Assembly (NCBI GenBank): GCA_038321985.1
Contig: JBBQFN010000004.1
Coordinates: 111,029-143,028, forward strand
Length of the DNA stretch: 32,000 nucleotides
From: Cyanophyceae cyanobacterium
Lineage (GTDB): Bacteria; Cyanobacteriota; Cyanobacteriia; Cyanobacteriales; Laspinemataceae
Reading direction: 5' to 3'
Shown: positions 1 through 10,076 of the stretch, in pieces
How positions within the stretch are numbered: the first letter of the stretch is position 1
Layout: the number at the start of each line of letters is the position of its first letter
Made by a program: the position numbers and the translations under genes
The notes under the pieces: model-generated
Told to the model about the DNA's origin: nothing
The model's input: the letters and a program-made list of their open reading frames with translations, nothing else
Database searches by the model: none

Positions 1-717
1 TTTGGATAGGTCGAGGATATCGTTGATAATCCCGAGTAAATGCTTCCCGGCACCGTAGATTTTTTGAAGATCTAGGCTCAAATCCTCTTGTCCCAGGTCT
101 TCAGCATCTTCCTTTAACATTTCGCTGTAACCGAGGATGGCGTTAAGCGGGGTCCGCAGTTCATGGCTCATATTAGCTAAAAATTGACTTTTAGCACGGT
201 TTGCTGCGATCGCCGCATCTTTTTTCTCTTCAATCGTTTTATTCGCCAGTTGAAACAAGCGAGAGTGAGCGACTAACAGAATCTGCAAATCTAAACACCA
301 TAATTGGCCGTTTGGGAGGACAATGGCGATCGGTTCATACGCTTGATTAGGGTCACGAGCCAGGGCTATATCAACCGCTTCATGAATTTTACAGCGTCCG
401 GGGAGATGGAGAGTGGGGGAATAGATACCGGATTTTTTTTCGACCTCTTGGATGGTGTTCCATAGGACCAATATCGGACGTTTGAGATAAGTTTCTAAGC
501 CGTAGGGACGACTCAGCCATTCAAAAAATTTCCGTCGGGAAATGATTCCCAGGGGTTGTTCATCGCTGACAATCATCACGCCGGGTAAATCCGGGTGAGT
601 TTGAAATGCTTTTTTGACTTCCTGTCCCAAGGTAGAGACGGGGACTTGAACATCATGGGAGGGTAAATCGGCTAAAGTTGAATCGAGGGTAAGCCGGTTC
701 TGTTCCGGGTAAAGCAC
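1..717 (-). CDS. Sensor histidine kinase, N-terminal portion (3' end runs off the left edge)
   Basis: This gene is absent from the ORF track because it has no in-window stop. The reverse frame ending at base 1 reads ...[78 protein letters not shown], which carries the HisKA H-box SHELRTP. An in-frame TGA lies at 765-763. The first plausible start is GTG at 717, preceded by GGGAGGA 8 nt upstream. The N-terminal ~150 aa is an unassigned sensory region (VMIVSDEQPLGIISRRKFFEW). Confidence 0.8.
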   Translation of the reverse strand, partial: MLYPEQNRLTLDSTLADLPSHDVQVPVSTLGQEVKKAFQTHPDLPGVMIVSDEQPLGIISRRKFFEWLSRPYGLETYLKRPILVLWNTIQEVEKKSGIYSPTLHLPGRCKIHEAVDIALARDPNQAYEPIAIVLPNGQLWCLDLQILLVAHSRLFQLANKTIEEKKDAAIAANRAKSQFLANMSHELRTPLNAILGYSEMLKEDAEDLGQEDLSLDLQKIYGAGKHLLGIINDILDLSK

Positions 718-731
718 AATCGCATTCCTCC

Positions 732-966
732 CTATACTGACTTTGGAAAAAAGCCGCCGTTCTCACCCCTTATTCCCCGGGTTGCCATCGGGAGGAGAGG
801 GATTTTTAGGCCCGGGGAAAGGTCCGACTGCCTCAGAATAGCTGGACCCAGAGAAGCACTGGACACATCTCCTTGGGGAGACCGGGAAATCCCGAGGCCG
901 CATCGAGTGACCCTTGGCTGCCGGTGGGAAGTCTTCTGGGGAGGATGTGCTATACTCTGACTTTGT
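732..966. repeat. Direct repeat pair CTATACTGACTTTG / CTATACTCTGACTTTG bracketing a ~200-bp GC-rich spacer
   Basis: Copy 1 is at 732-746 and copy 2 at 950-966; they are identical except for a 2-nt CT insertion. The sequence between them is markedly GC-rich compared with its flanks and contains CCCGGGG-type motifs. Confidence 0.6.
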
Positions 967-1076
967 TGTGTTAACCCAAACTCTGTTTTAAACCCTAACA
1001 TCTTTCTCTCCCGAAATAGCATCGAACAAATGCCCTGAATCGTGACCTAACTTTGGTTTTCTGTGACTTCTGAAGG

Positions 1077-3914
1077 TTAGCCTCGAAGCTGAAGGCGGTA
1101 GGGTAGGCGGACTGTAAATATTGAGCCGGATCCGATTTGACTTTCTACCGCGATCGCCCCGCCCATCATCTCACAGAATCTCTGACCGATCGCCAGCCCT
1201 AGGCCAGTTCCCCCATACTTGCGGGTTGTACTCGGGTCGGCCTGAGTAAAGGCATTGAAAATCTGCTGGATCTGTTCTGAGGTCATGCCAATTCCGGTAT
1301 CAATCACCCGAAATTCAATCCCGTCCAGGGAAGAATTCGGGGAAATTTCCCGATTCGAGATCGGTCTCACTTCTAAGCTAATTTTCCCATTTTCGGTGAA
1401 CTTAGTCGCGTTGCTTAATAAGTTTAACAGCACTTGCCGAACTTTGTTTAAATCGGAATGCATTTGTCCTAGATTCGGTGGACAGCTAACCTGAAGGGTA
1501 TTTCCATTTTTTTGGACTAAGGGGTGAATAGTGGCTACCACGGAGTTGATCACCTGGTTTATCTCGAAGGTTTCCAGGTAAATTTCCATTTTACCCGCTT
1601 CAATTTTGGAAAGGTCCAGGATATCGCTAATTAGGGTTAAAAGATGCTTCCCGGCGAACTGAATTTTTTTGAGGTCCGGAATAAAATCAACGATACCCAC
1701 CTCTTCGGCTTCTTCTTCCAGGATTTCACTATAACCGACGATCGCATTGAGTGGAGTCCGCAGTTCGTGGCTCATATTTGCTAAAAACATACTTTTAGCT
1801 TCGTTGGCCGCTTCAGCCGCTTCTTTGGCCTGATGTAACATGATTTCAGTTTGTTTGCGGCTGGTAATATCTCGGACGATGACGATAGTTTGATTTTTCA
1901 GCAGGGGCAGGAGGCGTGCTTCAAAATACTGTCGGTGATCGCTAATTTGTAAGGAGTATTCTCGATAGACTAAATTGTGCTTTTCTTTAACTTCATTTAG
2001 AGCTTCTGTAAAGGTTTGACTGACATTTGAGGGAAGAACTTCATTAATTTTACGCCCTAGAAATTGTTCCGGTGGCAGATAAAGGTCCGATACTTTTCCA
2101 GCTTGATAATCTAAAATTGTGGCATCGTTAGCGAGCTTAAAGTATAAATCCGGAAGGGCTTTAAAAATAGCTTGTAATTCGGAGGTGGTATGGTATAATT
2201 TTTCTTCATACTGTTTGCGCTCAGTGATATCCCGGGTGATAGAGACTACACAGGGAACTCCCTCTAAGACAATGGATTCGCCACAGAATAGGCCAACTCG
2301 AATTTCCCCCGACTTCATGCGAAAGTGAATTTCGCGATCAATGACGCGACTGGAGCTTTGTAATTCTTGAATGCAGACCCTTTGTTCAGCTTCATAGACC
2401 CAAATATTCAGATCCAGGGAGTTTTTGCCGATGACTTCAGCCCACTCAAAGCCGGACATTTCTAAAAAGCAATCATTAACTTCAATATAGCGCCCTTCCC
2501 CTAGAGTGGTAATAGCGATCGCATCAGGACTGGCACGAAAGGCTTTAGAAAACTTTTCTTGGGAGACGCGCAGGGCTTCGCGAGCCCGTCGGCGATCAGT
2601 AATATCAGTTTGGGACCCGGCGAACCGATATGGGTTGCCCTCTGCATCCCGGACTGCCATCCCCCGTACCAGCATCCAGAGATAGAACCCATCTTGATGC
2701 AAGATCCGATATTCTGTTTGTAGGTGAGGGCTATCTCCTTGTAAGTGGGCTTCGATTTCTGCTTCCACTCGCTCCAAGTCATCGGGATGAATGCGGCTGA
2801 ACCACACATCGGGATTTGAGCCAAGTTCGCCGGATTGACAACCGATCGCCGCCTTCCACCGAGGAGAAAAATAAATTTCTTGGGTATTCAAATCCCAGTC
2901 CCAGATGCCATCATTTGCACCAGCAACGGTGATCGCATAGCGTTCCTGACTCTTCTGGAGGGCAGAGGTAGCGCGTTCGACGGCTAACTCCATTTCCCCC
3001 GGTTCTCGCACCCAGATAAAGGTACACAATCCACAAGAAAAGGCTAAAAAGCCACCGAGAGAGTATAACCAGCCGATGGGTGTATTCATGGGCCATCCGC
3101 CCAAGGGGATGGCGGCCATTTGCCAGGACCCGTTCGGTAAGGAGACATCCTGGACAACGGGGTTGCGGTCAAACAGGGCTGGATCTCCGAAAAATACCGC
3201 CCCCTCGGACCCTAAACCATCTTGTCCGCGAATGGCGTACTCCAGAGGAATGGGGCTGGGAACAGGAGAACCCCTCAGCCTGGTGCTCCTCCCCGGAGGT
3301 TTGGCGATCGCGTTTGGGGGAGGAAGGAGTTTAGCATCGGTAAATAGCACCTCGGGTTGAATCACGATCGCAACCAGACCCCAGTAAGCCCCATGATTAG
3401 CCGTATTCGGGGAATTTAGAAAAATGGGGGTACGGCTGACTAAGGCCGAACCTCCCTGAACTAAGGCCGTTGGACCTGCGACAACGGTACTTTTGCTATT
3501 GATGGTTTGTTGGACAATTTTCTGAGAAGGGGGATATTCCAGAAGGTTAAGACCCAGTGCACTTTCATGACCCTGTAGCGGATAAAGATGACTGAGAATA
3601 TTATTTTTGGCAAGCTGAATATTCAGGATGCCCGTTTGTTGGGAGACCATGACTTGTGCAAGGCGCTCAAATTGCTGAGGATCAACATCGGGATGATTAG
3701 AAACATAAGCAACCAGACCCCGAGTAATAAACAGTCGGGAGTTTAACGCGCTTTCGAGTTTAGCTCGTTTGGTACTGAGTTGGAGTAAGACATCGGAGCG
3801 AATTTTCTGGCGGTTTGCCTCGGTTTCAGACTTAGCCAGCGCCCAAACTCCGACTATAACTAAGCTAGCCGAACATAAAGCCGCAATGTAAGGTGACAAT
3901 CGCGATCGCATCAC
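1077..3914 (-). CDS. Membrane sensor histidine kinase: CHASE-like periplasmic domain, multiple PAS domains, HisKA and HATPase_c
   Basis: 945-aa ORF. An N-terminal TM segment ([15 protein letters not shown]) and a second TM segment ([21 protein letters not shown]) flank a CHASE-like region ([22 protein letters not shown]). PAS-like segments follow (DGIWDWDL..., [24 protein letters not shown]). The H-box is [17 protein letters not shown] and the ATPase G-boxes are IDTGIGM and GGTGLGLAI. There is no receiver domain. Confidence 0.9.
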   Translation of the reverse strand: MMRSRLSPYIAALCSASLVIVGVWALAKSETEANRQKIRSDVLLQLSTKRAKLESALNSRLFITRGLVAYVSNHPDVDPQQFERLAQVMVSQQTGILNIQLAKNNILSHLYPLQGHESALGLNLLEYPPSQKIVQQTINSKSTVVAGPTALVQGGSALVSRTPIFLNSPNTANHGAYWGLVAIVIQPEVLFTDAKLLPPPNAIAKPPGRSTRLRGSPVPSPIPLEYAIRGQDGLGSEGAVFFGDPALFDRNPVVQDVSLPNGSWQMAAIPLGGWPMNTPIGWLYSLGGFLAFSCGLCTFIWVREPGEMELAVERATSALQKSQERYAITVAGANDGIWDWDLNTQEIYFSPRWKAAIGCQSGELGSNPDVWFSRIHPDDLERVEAEIEAHLQGDSPHLQTEYRILHQDGFYLWMLVRGMAVRDAEGNPYRFAGSQTDITDRRRAREALRVSQEKFSKAFRASPDAIAITTLGEGRYIEVNDCFLEMSGFEWAEVIGKNSLDLNIWVYEAEQRVCIQELQSSSRVIDREIHFRMKSGEIRVGLFCGESIVLEGVPCVVSITRDITERKQYEEKLYHTTSELQAIFKALPDLYFKLANDATILDYQAGKVSDLYLPPEQFLGRKINEVLPSNVSQTFTEALNEVKEKHNLVYREYSLQISDHRQYFEARLLPLLKNQTIVIVRDITSRKQTEIMLHQAKEAAEAANEAKSMFLANMSHELRTPLNAIVGYSEILEEEAEEVGIVDFIPDLKKIQFAGKHLLTLISDILDLSKIEAGKMEIYLETFEINQVINSVVATIHPLVQKNGNTLQVSCPPNLGQMHSDLNKVRQVLLNLLSNATKFTENGKISLEVRPISNREISPNSSLDGIEFRVIDTGIGMTSEQIQQIFNAFTQADPSTTRKYGGTGLGLAIGQRFCEMMGGAIAVESQIGSGSIFTVRLPYRLQLRG

Positions 3915-3969
3915 TCTCTCATATATATATATTTAATTACCTGCAAGCTATGGATATGTTAATAAAGCA

Positions 3970-4079
3970 ATATAGCGGTTTTTGGTCTCGTGAAATCCGG
4001 ACGATCCCCCTAAATCCCCCTTCAAAAGGGGGACTTTGACCCCCAACCCGAACCTCAATAGCTTAAGAAACGCTATATA
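3970..4079 (+). mobile_element. MITE-like 110-bp dispersed repeat, copy A
   Basis: This copy is about 97% identical to the reverse complement of 14358-14467. Its terminal inverted repeats are ATATAGCGGTTT...AAACGCTATAT and it has a central hairpin TCCCCCTTCAAAAGGGGGA. The homology stops sharply at both ends. It generates the spurious track ORF 3948..4223 (peptide ...KVPLLKGDLGGSSGFHETKNRYI...). Confidence 0.75.
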
Positions 4080-4493
4080 CCAGTTTTCACATTCATGAGG
4101 TACGTCTATTCGATGTCCCTTAGCCCCCCTTTTCACCCCTGGCTTGTCCCACATCCTAGGGAACAAGATGCAAGTGAACTCTGTGCCGGATCCGCTAACG
4201 TACGCCCCCAAAATGTACCTCATAACGGGAGGAACCGCTCTAGCTGATAGATTGGAGACCGCCTATAACTGAGCCTTGTTTCCTCCCTGATGCATCAGGA
4301 TGGATCTCGATACTAGAGAGTTGGGCATTGTTAAGGGGGAAAAATTTTAGGGTTTCAAAGTTTTGCTTTCATTACCTTATCCTATTTGTCCAAGTTCCCC
4401 AAGGAATTGTAGAGAGTTTGGGGGAAATAGTCTCAGGAGAATTTTAGGAAAGATTATTGAGTTTAAAAATGGTATTTAAAACTACTATTTATT

Positions 4494-4521
4494 GCGGAGG
4501 CTCATAATCAAATGCCTCCGC
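4494..4521 (-). terminator. Possible terminator hairpin downstream of dnaJ
   Basis: GCGGAGGC (4494-4501), a 12-nt loop, then GCCTCCGC (4514-4521), lying 19 nt after the dnaJ stop. The trailing sequence on the minus strand (AATAAATAGTAGTTTT) is only weakly T-rich. Confidence 0.4.
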
Positions 4522-4539
4522 GATCGCCCGGTCATGTCT

Positions 4540-5553
4540 TTAGGGAAACAAATCCTGTCGCGGCTTAAACGTTTCCACCTGACGCAGTTTTTCGTAGAGT
4601 TCTCGTTCCTGTTCCGTAATCTCTTTCGGGACGGCAATTTGAATTTCTACGAGTTGGTCCCCCCGGTTACCATCGCCGGTGGGGTAGCCCTTATTAGCAA
4701 GGCGCAGACGTTTGCCCGGGCCGACACCAGGGGGAAGAGTCATTTTCACTAATCCATCCAGGGTCGGGACTTCCACCGCGCCACCGAGGACCGCCTCACA
4801 GGGAGAGATGGGGAGTAGACAGGAGATATCAGTACCTTGAACATTGAAAAACCTGTGAGGGGCAACGGTAATTTTTAAATACAAATCACCGCCATTCATA
4901 CCTTGTCCACGTAGACGAATTCGCTGGCCCGTGACCATCCCAGGGGGCATCGTGACTTCCAGCGATCGCCCATCTTCTAGGCGAATCCGTTCGCGACCCC
5001 CGGTATAAGCTTTTTCCAAGGGTAACGTCAATCGGGCTTCCACATCCCGGGGATTAGGACGCGCCGGAATGGTGTAGGCGGTTTTGCTGCTGCGGGGTTG
5101 AAACACATCGCGATCGCTGGCGGTTGCCGTTGTACCGACCCCGACTCCAGCCGTCCGCGCTTCCCGACGTCCGAGCAATTCATCTACAAAGCTGTCAAAA
5201 TTGGCATATTCTGAGAAATTGCTGGAACTGCGATCGGGACTGGTTGTTTGGGCCCCCCCTGCAAAAGGGTTGCTACGACTGTTCCAAGCCGGGGGCCGGA
5301 CCGCCGCCCGACCTTTAAATCCTTTCTTGCCCAAAAACCGACTAAATTCGTCGTATTGCGCCCGTTTGTTCGGGTCTGAGAGGACTTCATACGCTTCGCT
5401 GAGGTCTTTAAATTTTTCTTCAGCGGTTTTATTGCCCGGATTGAGATCCGGGTGATACTGCCTAGCCAGTCGCCGGTAGGCTTTTTTAATCGCCTCAGTG
5501 GAGGTTTCTTTCGTGACTCCGAGAATTTCGTAATAATTGCGCCAGTTCTGCAT
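4540..5553 (-). CDS. dnaJ: DnaJ-family co-chaperone lacking the zinc-finger domain (type II-like)
   Basis: The J domain reads YYEILGV...[15 protein letters not shown]...[16 protein letters not shown] and includes the HPD motif. No CxxCxGxG repeats are present. The C-terminal DnaJ_C-like region reads [36 protein letters not shown]...[11 protein letters not shown]. The gene starts 179 bp downstream of dnaK on the same strand. Confidence 0.9.
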   Translation of the reverse strand: MQNWRNYYEILGVTKETSTEAIKKAYRRLARQYHPDLNPGNKTAEEKFKDLSEAYEVLSDPNKRAQYDEFSRFLGKKGFKGRAAVRPPAWNSRSNPFAGGAQTTSPDRSSSNFSEYANFDSFVDELLGRREARTAGVGVGTTATASDRDVFQPRSSKTAYTIPARPNPRDVEARLTLPLEKAYTGGRERIRLEDGRSLEVTMPPGMVTGQRIRLRGQGMNGGDLYLKITVAPHRFFNVQGTDISCLLPISPCEAVLGGAVEVPTLDGLVKMTLPPGVGPGKRLRLANKGYPTGDGNRGDQLVEIQIAVPKEITEQERELYEKLRQVETFKPRQDLFP

Positions 5554-5732
5554 ATCCGCGATTTTAGACGTTAGATTTTGGATTGTTATCGATTTGGGGG
5601 ACAGACGACCTTGGAGTTAGGGGGGCGACTGCGGTTAGGTTGCCGCCGGATTGTGCGACGGGACCCTACCGGAACGTGCTCACCGTCACCAAAGGGCGAT
5701 CGCAATCCAACATCGTTCGCGCACGCTTGATT

Positions 5733-7880
5733 TTACAGCCACTCTTCATCCTCGTCATCCCAATCTTCATCCTGGTAGGGATTATTGTAACGGCTTGGGC
5801 TACTTGTACCGGAGACTGAGGACCGCCCCCGTCGTCGGGGTCCTCGACTCTCACCGGGATAAATTTCTCGCGGTTGGGACCCTCGACTCTCGCCGGGATA
5901 AATTTCTCGCGGTTGGGCTCCTCGACTCTCGCCGGGATAAATTTCCCGCGGTTGCCGATAGGCTGTCTCAAAGAAATCATCCTTAACCGGTTCTCGTTCC
6001 GGTCGGTCTTCGGTAAAAGCACGGCGAATCGATCCGAAGATACTCTCTTCCTCTTCCGTCTCTTGAGTGCGCCGATAAATTTCCCGGTTGAGTTCGTAGA
6101 CTGCATCTTGGAGGTCAGACTGGGCTATGTCTATTCCCCGTTCGTCCCCACGTTCTAAACTCTGGCGCAGGTCTCGGATGGCCGTTTCGATGCGTCCACG
6201 ATGGGACGCGACAAATTGGATTCCATAATCCAAAGTAGCCTCTCGGAGTTGACGTTCGGCTTGATAAGCTAACGCCTCAACGCGGTTGCGTTTCTCCACT
6301 CGTTCCCGGCGTTCGCGATCGACTTGGGCATATTCATCCGCTTCCTGAATCATGCGAATCACTTCGGATTCACTGAGTGTAGATGCCCCCTGAATCACGA
6401 CACTTTGCTCACGCCCGGTCATGCGGTCTAGGGCTGTCACCTGCAAAATTCCATTGGCATCTACATCAAAGGATACTTGAATTTGGGGAACGCCCCGAGG
6501 TGCCGGAGGAATTCCGGTCAATTTAAACCGTCCGAGGGATTTATTATCGGCAACCATTTCCCGTTCCCCTTGGACGATGTGAATTTCTACCACGGTTTGA
6601 TTGTTCTCCGATGTAGAAAAGATATCAGAACGCCGCACGGGAATGGTAGTGTTGCGCGGAATTAATTTTTTCATCACCCCGCCAATGGTTTCGAGTCCCA
6701 CGGAAAGCGGGGTCACGTCTAGCAGGAGGACGTCGCGGATTTCTCCAGCTAGAATACCCGCTTGGATGGCTGCACCTACGGCGACGACTTCATCGGGGTT
6801 AACGTTTTGATTCGGTTCGCGATCGATTAAGCTGCGGACCAGTTCTTTGACGAGGGGAATGCGGGTAGAACCGCCGACTAAGACGACTTCATCAATTTGG
6901 CCGGGGTTCATTCCTGCATCGGTGAATGCCCGCTTGAGGGGGATGCGAAGTCGTCGAATTAGGTCGCCACAGAGGGCTTCAAACTGCGATCGCGTTAGTT
7001 TGGTTTCTAGGTGTTTGGGTCCTTCAGCGGTGGCGGTGATAAAGGGTAAGTTCACGTCGGTGACTTGGACCCCAGAGAGTTCGATTTTGGCTTTTTCTGC
7101 TGCTTCAATCAACCGCTGCAAACTTTGGCGATCGCGTCGCAAGTCTACATCCTCAGCGGCTAAAAATTGCTCGGCCAGCCAATCTACAATTTTCTTATCA
7201 AAATCATTCCCCCCGAGTTGGGTATCCCCGGCGGTGGATTTAACCTCAAAAACTCCATCCCCGACTTCCAGGATGGAAACGTCAAAGGTGCCACCCCCCA
7301 AGTCAAAGACGAGAATGGTTTTATAATCAAGCTGATCAAAGCCGTAGGCCAAGGAAGCCGCAGTCGGTTCATTGATGATCCGCTTCACGTCTAACCCGGC
7401 AATACGTCCGGCGTTGCGAGTGGCCTGTCTTTGAGCATCGTTAAAATAAGCGGGAACCGTAATCACTGCACCCGTTACGGGTTCTCCCAGGTAGCGACTC
7501 GCTTCGTCTACCAGTTTTCGCAGAATCATCGCTGAGACTTCTTCAGCAGAGAAGTCTTTTTTCAGGCGAGGACATTTGATTTTGATGTTGTCTTCTTCAT
7601 CCCGTCGGATCGTGTAGGGAACTCGCTTGGAGTCCGGGGAAAGTTCGGCATAGCGGCGGCCCATAAACCGCTTCATGGCATAAAAGGTATTTTGAGGATT
7701 AAGCACGGCTTGCCGTCTTGCCATTTGGCCGACAAGCAGTTCTCCTTCTTTACTAAAACCGACCACGGAGGGAGTTGTCCGCGTTCCTTCTGCATTGGCA
7801 ATCACCACCGGCTTGCCTCCCTCCATTACTGCGACCACTGAGTTTGTTGTCCCCAGGTCAATGCCGACTACTTTGCCCAT
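5733..7880 (-). CDS. dnaK: Hsp70 chaperone DnaK with an extended repeat-containing acidic C-terminus (DnaK3-like)
   Basis: The N-terminus is [22 protein letters not shown]. Further Hsp70 signatures are [12 protein letters not shown] and [12 protein letters not shown]. The C-terminal tail has three [13 protein letters not shown] repeats and ends ...[14 protein letters not shown], with no EEVD motif. Confidence 0.93.
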   Translation of the reverse strand: MGKVVGIDLGTTNSVVAVMEGGKPVVIANAEGTRTTPSVVGFSKEGELLVGQMARRQAVLNPQNTFYAMKRFMGRRYAELSPDSKRVPYTIRRDEEDNIKIKCPRLKKDFSAEEVSAMILRKLVDEASRYLGEPVTGAVITVPAYFNDAQRQATRNAGRIAGLDVKRIINEPTAASLAYGFDQLDYKTILVFDLGGGTFDVSILEVGDGVFEVKSTAGDTQLGGNDFDKKIVDWLAEQFLAAEDVDLRRDRQSLQRLIEAAEKAKIELSGVQVTDVNLPFITATAEGPKHLETKLTRSQFEALCGDLIRRLRIPLKRAFTDAGMNPGQIDEVVLVGGSTRIPLVKELVRSLIDREPNQNVNPDEVVAVGAAIQAGILAGEIRDVLLLDVTPLSVGLETIGGVMKKLIPRNTTIPVRRSDIFSTSENNQTVVEIHIVQGEREMVADNKSLGRFKLTGIPPAPRGVPQIQVSFDVDANGILQVTALDRMTGREQSVVIQGASTLSESEVIRMIQEADEYAQVDRERRERVEKRNRVEALAYQAERQLREATLDYGIQFVASHRGRIETAIRDLRQSLERGDERGIDIAQSDLQDAVYELNREIYRRTQETEEEESIFGSIRRAFTEDRPEREPVKDDFFETAYRQPREIYPGESRGAQPREIYPGESRGSQPREIYPGESRGPRRRGRSSVSGTSSPSRYNNPYQDEDWDDEDEEWL
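5842..5958. repeat. 39-bp tandem repeat x3, in frame inside the dnaK 3' end
   Basis: The units are 5842-5880, 5881-5919 and 5920-5958 (cctcgactctc[a/g]ccgggataaatttc[t/c]cgcggttg...). The first two differ at about 3 positions and the third diverges at its end. The repeat explains the pile-up of alternative-frame track ORFs here (5651..5986, 5666..6106, 5874..6158). Confidence 0.9.
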
Positions 7881-8489
7881 GCTGTTGTCTCCACCTCTCG
7901 TGTTTTACTGCTTGGATTAACAATAAAGTGATTTCGGGTTGGTTGGCTATTTGGAACTTTTTACAAGAAGCGATCGCCACGGCCAGTGGCGACAGAACAG
8001 TTAACCCTGAGTTGCAATACCCAGGATCTTGCTTTCTGACTTTATTCTATCTTGCGTCAGCATTGTAGGGGTTTTGGCCTAGCTAAGGGCTACTCTACTA
8101 TCCAATTGCTTAGGAGAATAACCTAAAACCGTCCCCTGACCGAGAGGGTGGGGTTGTTTGTAGTCGGTTTTCTGGGGGTAAACTAAAGATCGAGGAGTTG
8201 GGTCAATCGCCTCGGTGGAGGAGGTTGACACGAAAGCAAATACTTAGAGGTGTGAGGGGCGAAACTTGCCGATTCCCCTGATCTTTGGTTGAGTCAGCAG
8301 ATATTAAGCGCTTTTTACCCGTTCTGGGTTCAGAACTCTCCCTACTCTATTTTCCAAGTCAGGAGAATGGAGACGGGAAGCAGGTTTGTCTGTGGGTTTA
8401 AAGAGGGCGATCGGCGGATTCACCGGAGGATAACAGGGCCACGGTAAGTCAGGAATCGACGTTAACGCATTGTTCCTAGGAGTTGGAAA

Positions 8490-8753
8490 ATGTCGTCGTT
8501 TGGATCTTTTCGCCTAAAAGCCCGGCCCGAACATATTCGGGCTGTAATCGAATCCTTGAAAAAACAAGATGCAGTCGCCCCCCAAGACCTTGCTAAAGTT
8601 TCGGGCTTGACTTTGACTCAAGTTAAATGTGTGCTCAATGAATTAGAAACCCGAGCAAAAATCAAAATTCTCCGTCGCGATTGTACCCCGCGCGTGCGAG
8701 TCACCTTAGTCAAGCGATTAAACTGCACCAGTACGGATTTCAAAATTGGTTAA
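8490..8753 (+). CDS. Small hypothetical protein, possibly winged-helix DNA-binding
   Basis: 87-aa ORF with an ATG preceded by AGGAGTTGGAAA. The segment PQDLAKVSGLTLTQVKCVLNELETRAKIKIL looks like a helix-turn-helix with a wing. No recognisable family signature. Confidence 0.45.
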   Translation: MSSFGSFRLKARPEHIRAVIESLKKQDAVAPQDLAKVSGLTLTQVKCVLNELETRAKIKILRRDCTPRVRVTLVKRLNCTSTDFKIG

Positions 8754-9154
8754 TCTGAGCAGCTAGGGAGGTCTTGATGTGGGCTTAAAGATTTTTGAAC
8801 CCTTGGTTATCTAGGAGAATATCGCACAGAATGCGGCGTCGAAGGGACTTTACCTAGCTCGGCGTCGCCTCTTTTTTATGAAGGGTTTTTAAGGGGGCAG
8901 TCGCTTTTTAGGATGACCGACTCCCTTGGGTTATTAAGGTTATAGCATGACGACCTGCAATAACTAATAATTTCAGATTAATTAACAATTTTTTGGATGC
9001 AGTTCCTTCAATATGAGGTATAATCCAAAAAGCATTTACATTAACGGTGTCTTGGTGGTAACTTTTACCATTCTCAAAATCTAGTCTACTTTTTAAAGAG
9101 AAGTTAGAGCTTCCAAAGCTATCCGTTGCAATATTCTTTATTTTTTGCAGAACA

Positions 9155-9970
9155 ATGAATGCGGAATTATTTATGAATCTTTCTAAGGTTAAAGCTGGAC
9201 AGTTTCTTAACAAATTCAAACAAAGTATTCCGTCTTCTTTCAAGCGAAAAGGAAAAGTTACCCAACGATACACCGCGGATTTAATCACAGGTAACCTGGG
9301 GAAATTTGTCAAATTTTCGCCACTTACACTGGGAGAGGTAGAATTATTTGAATCTCAAATCTCCATCCGTCAAGTCATCCCCAATAATAGTTACTTAGAA
9401 AATAAAAAGCATAATTTAGCAATGGCGATCGCCTGCATCGAAAATATCCCCATCAATCCCGGGAAAATCTTTTCATTTTGGCATTTAGTCGGAGAGCCCA
9501 GCCAACAAAAAGGATACCTAGAAAGTCGGGCGATCGTCAATAATCAACTGAAATATGATTTTGGTGGCGGGTTATGTCAGCTACCCGGACTCCTATATAT
9601 TTTAATCCTCAAAGCCGGTTTAAATCCCCTAGAACGATATCCCCATTCCAAAGATATCTACACCGAAGAAACCCGCTTCGCCCCCTTGGGTTCCGATGCC
9701 ACCGTAGTTTATGGATACAAAGACTTTCGATTTCAAAATACCTTATCTGTTCCCTTCTGTTTCCGCTTCACCCTCCTCGATGAAGCCATTATCGCTGAAC
9801 TCTGTTCCCCTCAAACCCTGAAAGAATTCAGCCTAGACTTTAAAGTAGAACAACTGCAAGGAGGAATTAAGCAAGTAGAAACCCTCCGCTATTCTCCAAT
9901 GACAAACTACCCGGAGAAAATTGAGACGACAATTTATCCCCCCTTGGACCCCGATGCTTCTATTTTATAA
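9155..9970 (+). CDS. VanW-family protein (cytoplasmic VanB-cluster VanW-like form, no signal/TM segment)
   Basis: The 271-aa length is close to my recollection of enterococcal VanW. Colinear VanW core motifs are ENKKHNLAMAI...INPGKIFSFWHLVG...GGGLCQLPGLLYILILKAGLNPLERYPHSKD...GSDATVVYGYKDFRFQN. Codon usage is AT-rich. Confidence 0.8.
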   Translation: MNAELFMNLSKVKAGQFLNKFKQSIPSSFKRKGKVTQRYTADLITGNLGKFVKFSPLTLGEVELFESQISIRQVIPNNSYLENKKHNLAMAIACIENIPINPGKIFSFWHLVGEPSQQKGYLESRAIVNNQLKYDFGGGLCQLPGLLYILILKAGLNPLERYPHSKDIYTEETRFAPLGSDATVVYGYKDFRFQNTLSVPFCFRFTLLDEAIIAELCSPQTLKEFSLDFKVEQLQGGIKQVETLRYSPMTNYPEKIETTIYPPLDPDASIL

Positions 9971-10076
9971 TTTTTTCTAAAATAACCCGAGGCGAAGGAG
10001 ATTTTTGCCCGAAGGATGAGATAATTCAGACTAGACCCCTATCAACCCCTATCTGACGTACACCCAGGTTTAAACT

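Noticed and set aside
732-1022. A 96-aa minus-strand ORF in the inter-kinase spacer. I also considered a cobalamin riboswitch because GGTGGGAAGTC (~922-933) and GGGAGACCGGG resemble conserved riboswitch elements.
   Set aside because: The ORF has an improbable composition (Pro/Gly/Arg/Ser-rich, no motif) and lies in a GC-rich repeat-flanked segment. The riboswitch-like words are not in the consensus order, the B12 box is not matched, and neither strand has a sensible regulated gene.
3921-3932. An (AT)6 microsatellite just upstream of the CHASE-kinase start, considered as a possible phase-variation tract.
   Set aside because: It is too short, and there is no evidence that it lies between promoter elements. 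Homopolymer A8/T8 runs inside coding regions (about 432-439 and 24488-24495) were dismissed for the same reason.
3948-4223. 91-aa track ORF, and its counterpart 14319..14600 (93 aa), share the peptide LKLLRFG.GVKVPLLKGDLGGSSGFHETKNRYI. This could be read as a conserved small-protein family.
   Set aside because: The shared peptide is simply the translation of the 110-bp MITE-like repeat. Similarity stops exactly at the element ends, and the remainder of each ORF is unrelated.
4094-4223. A 9-bp inverted repeat ATGAGGTAC/GTACCTCAT next to MITE copy A, with GTTATGAGGTAC recurring at 26806-26817. This might suggest another TIR-bounded element family.
   Set aside because: Exact 12-mer matches between any two places, on both strands, are expected dozens of times in a 32-kb window. 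The flanking similarity is poor, so there is no statistical support.
4286-4299. A 14-bp perfect palindrome CCTGATGCATCAGG.
   Set aside because: A palindrome with 7-bp half-sites is expected about twice by chance in 32 kb, and it has no supporting context.
5842-5958. Regularly spaced 39-bp repeats that could be mistaken for a small CRISPR array.
   Set aside because: The units are directly adjacent with no spacers, are in frame, and encode a repeated peptide inside dnaK.
8908-9312. A 134-aa minus-strand ORF overlapping the 5' end of the VanW-like gene.
   Set aside because: It overlaps by 158 bp the plus-strand ORF, whose full length is colinear with VanW proteins. It lies in very AT-rich DNA where long antisense ORFs arise easily, and it has no recognisable motif or SD.
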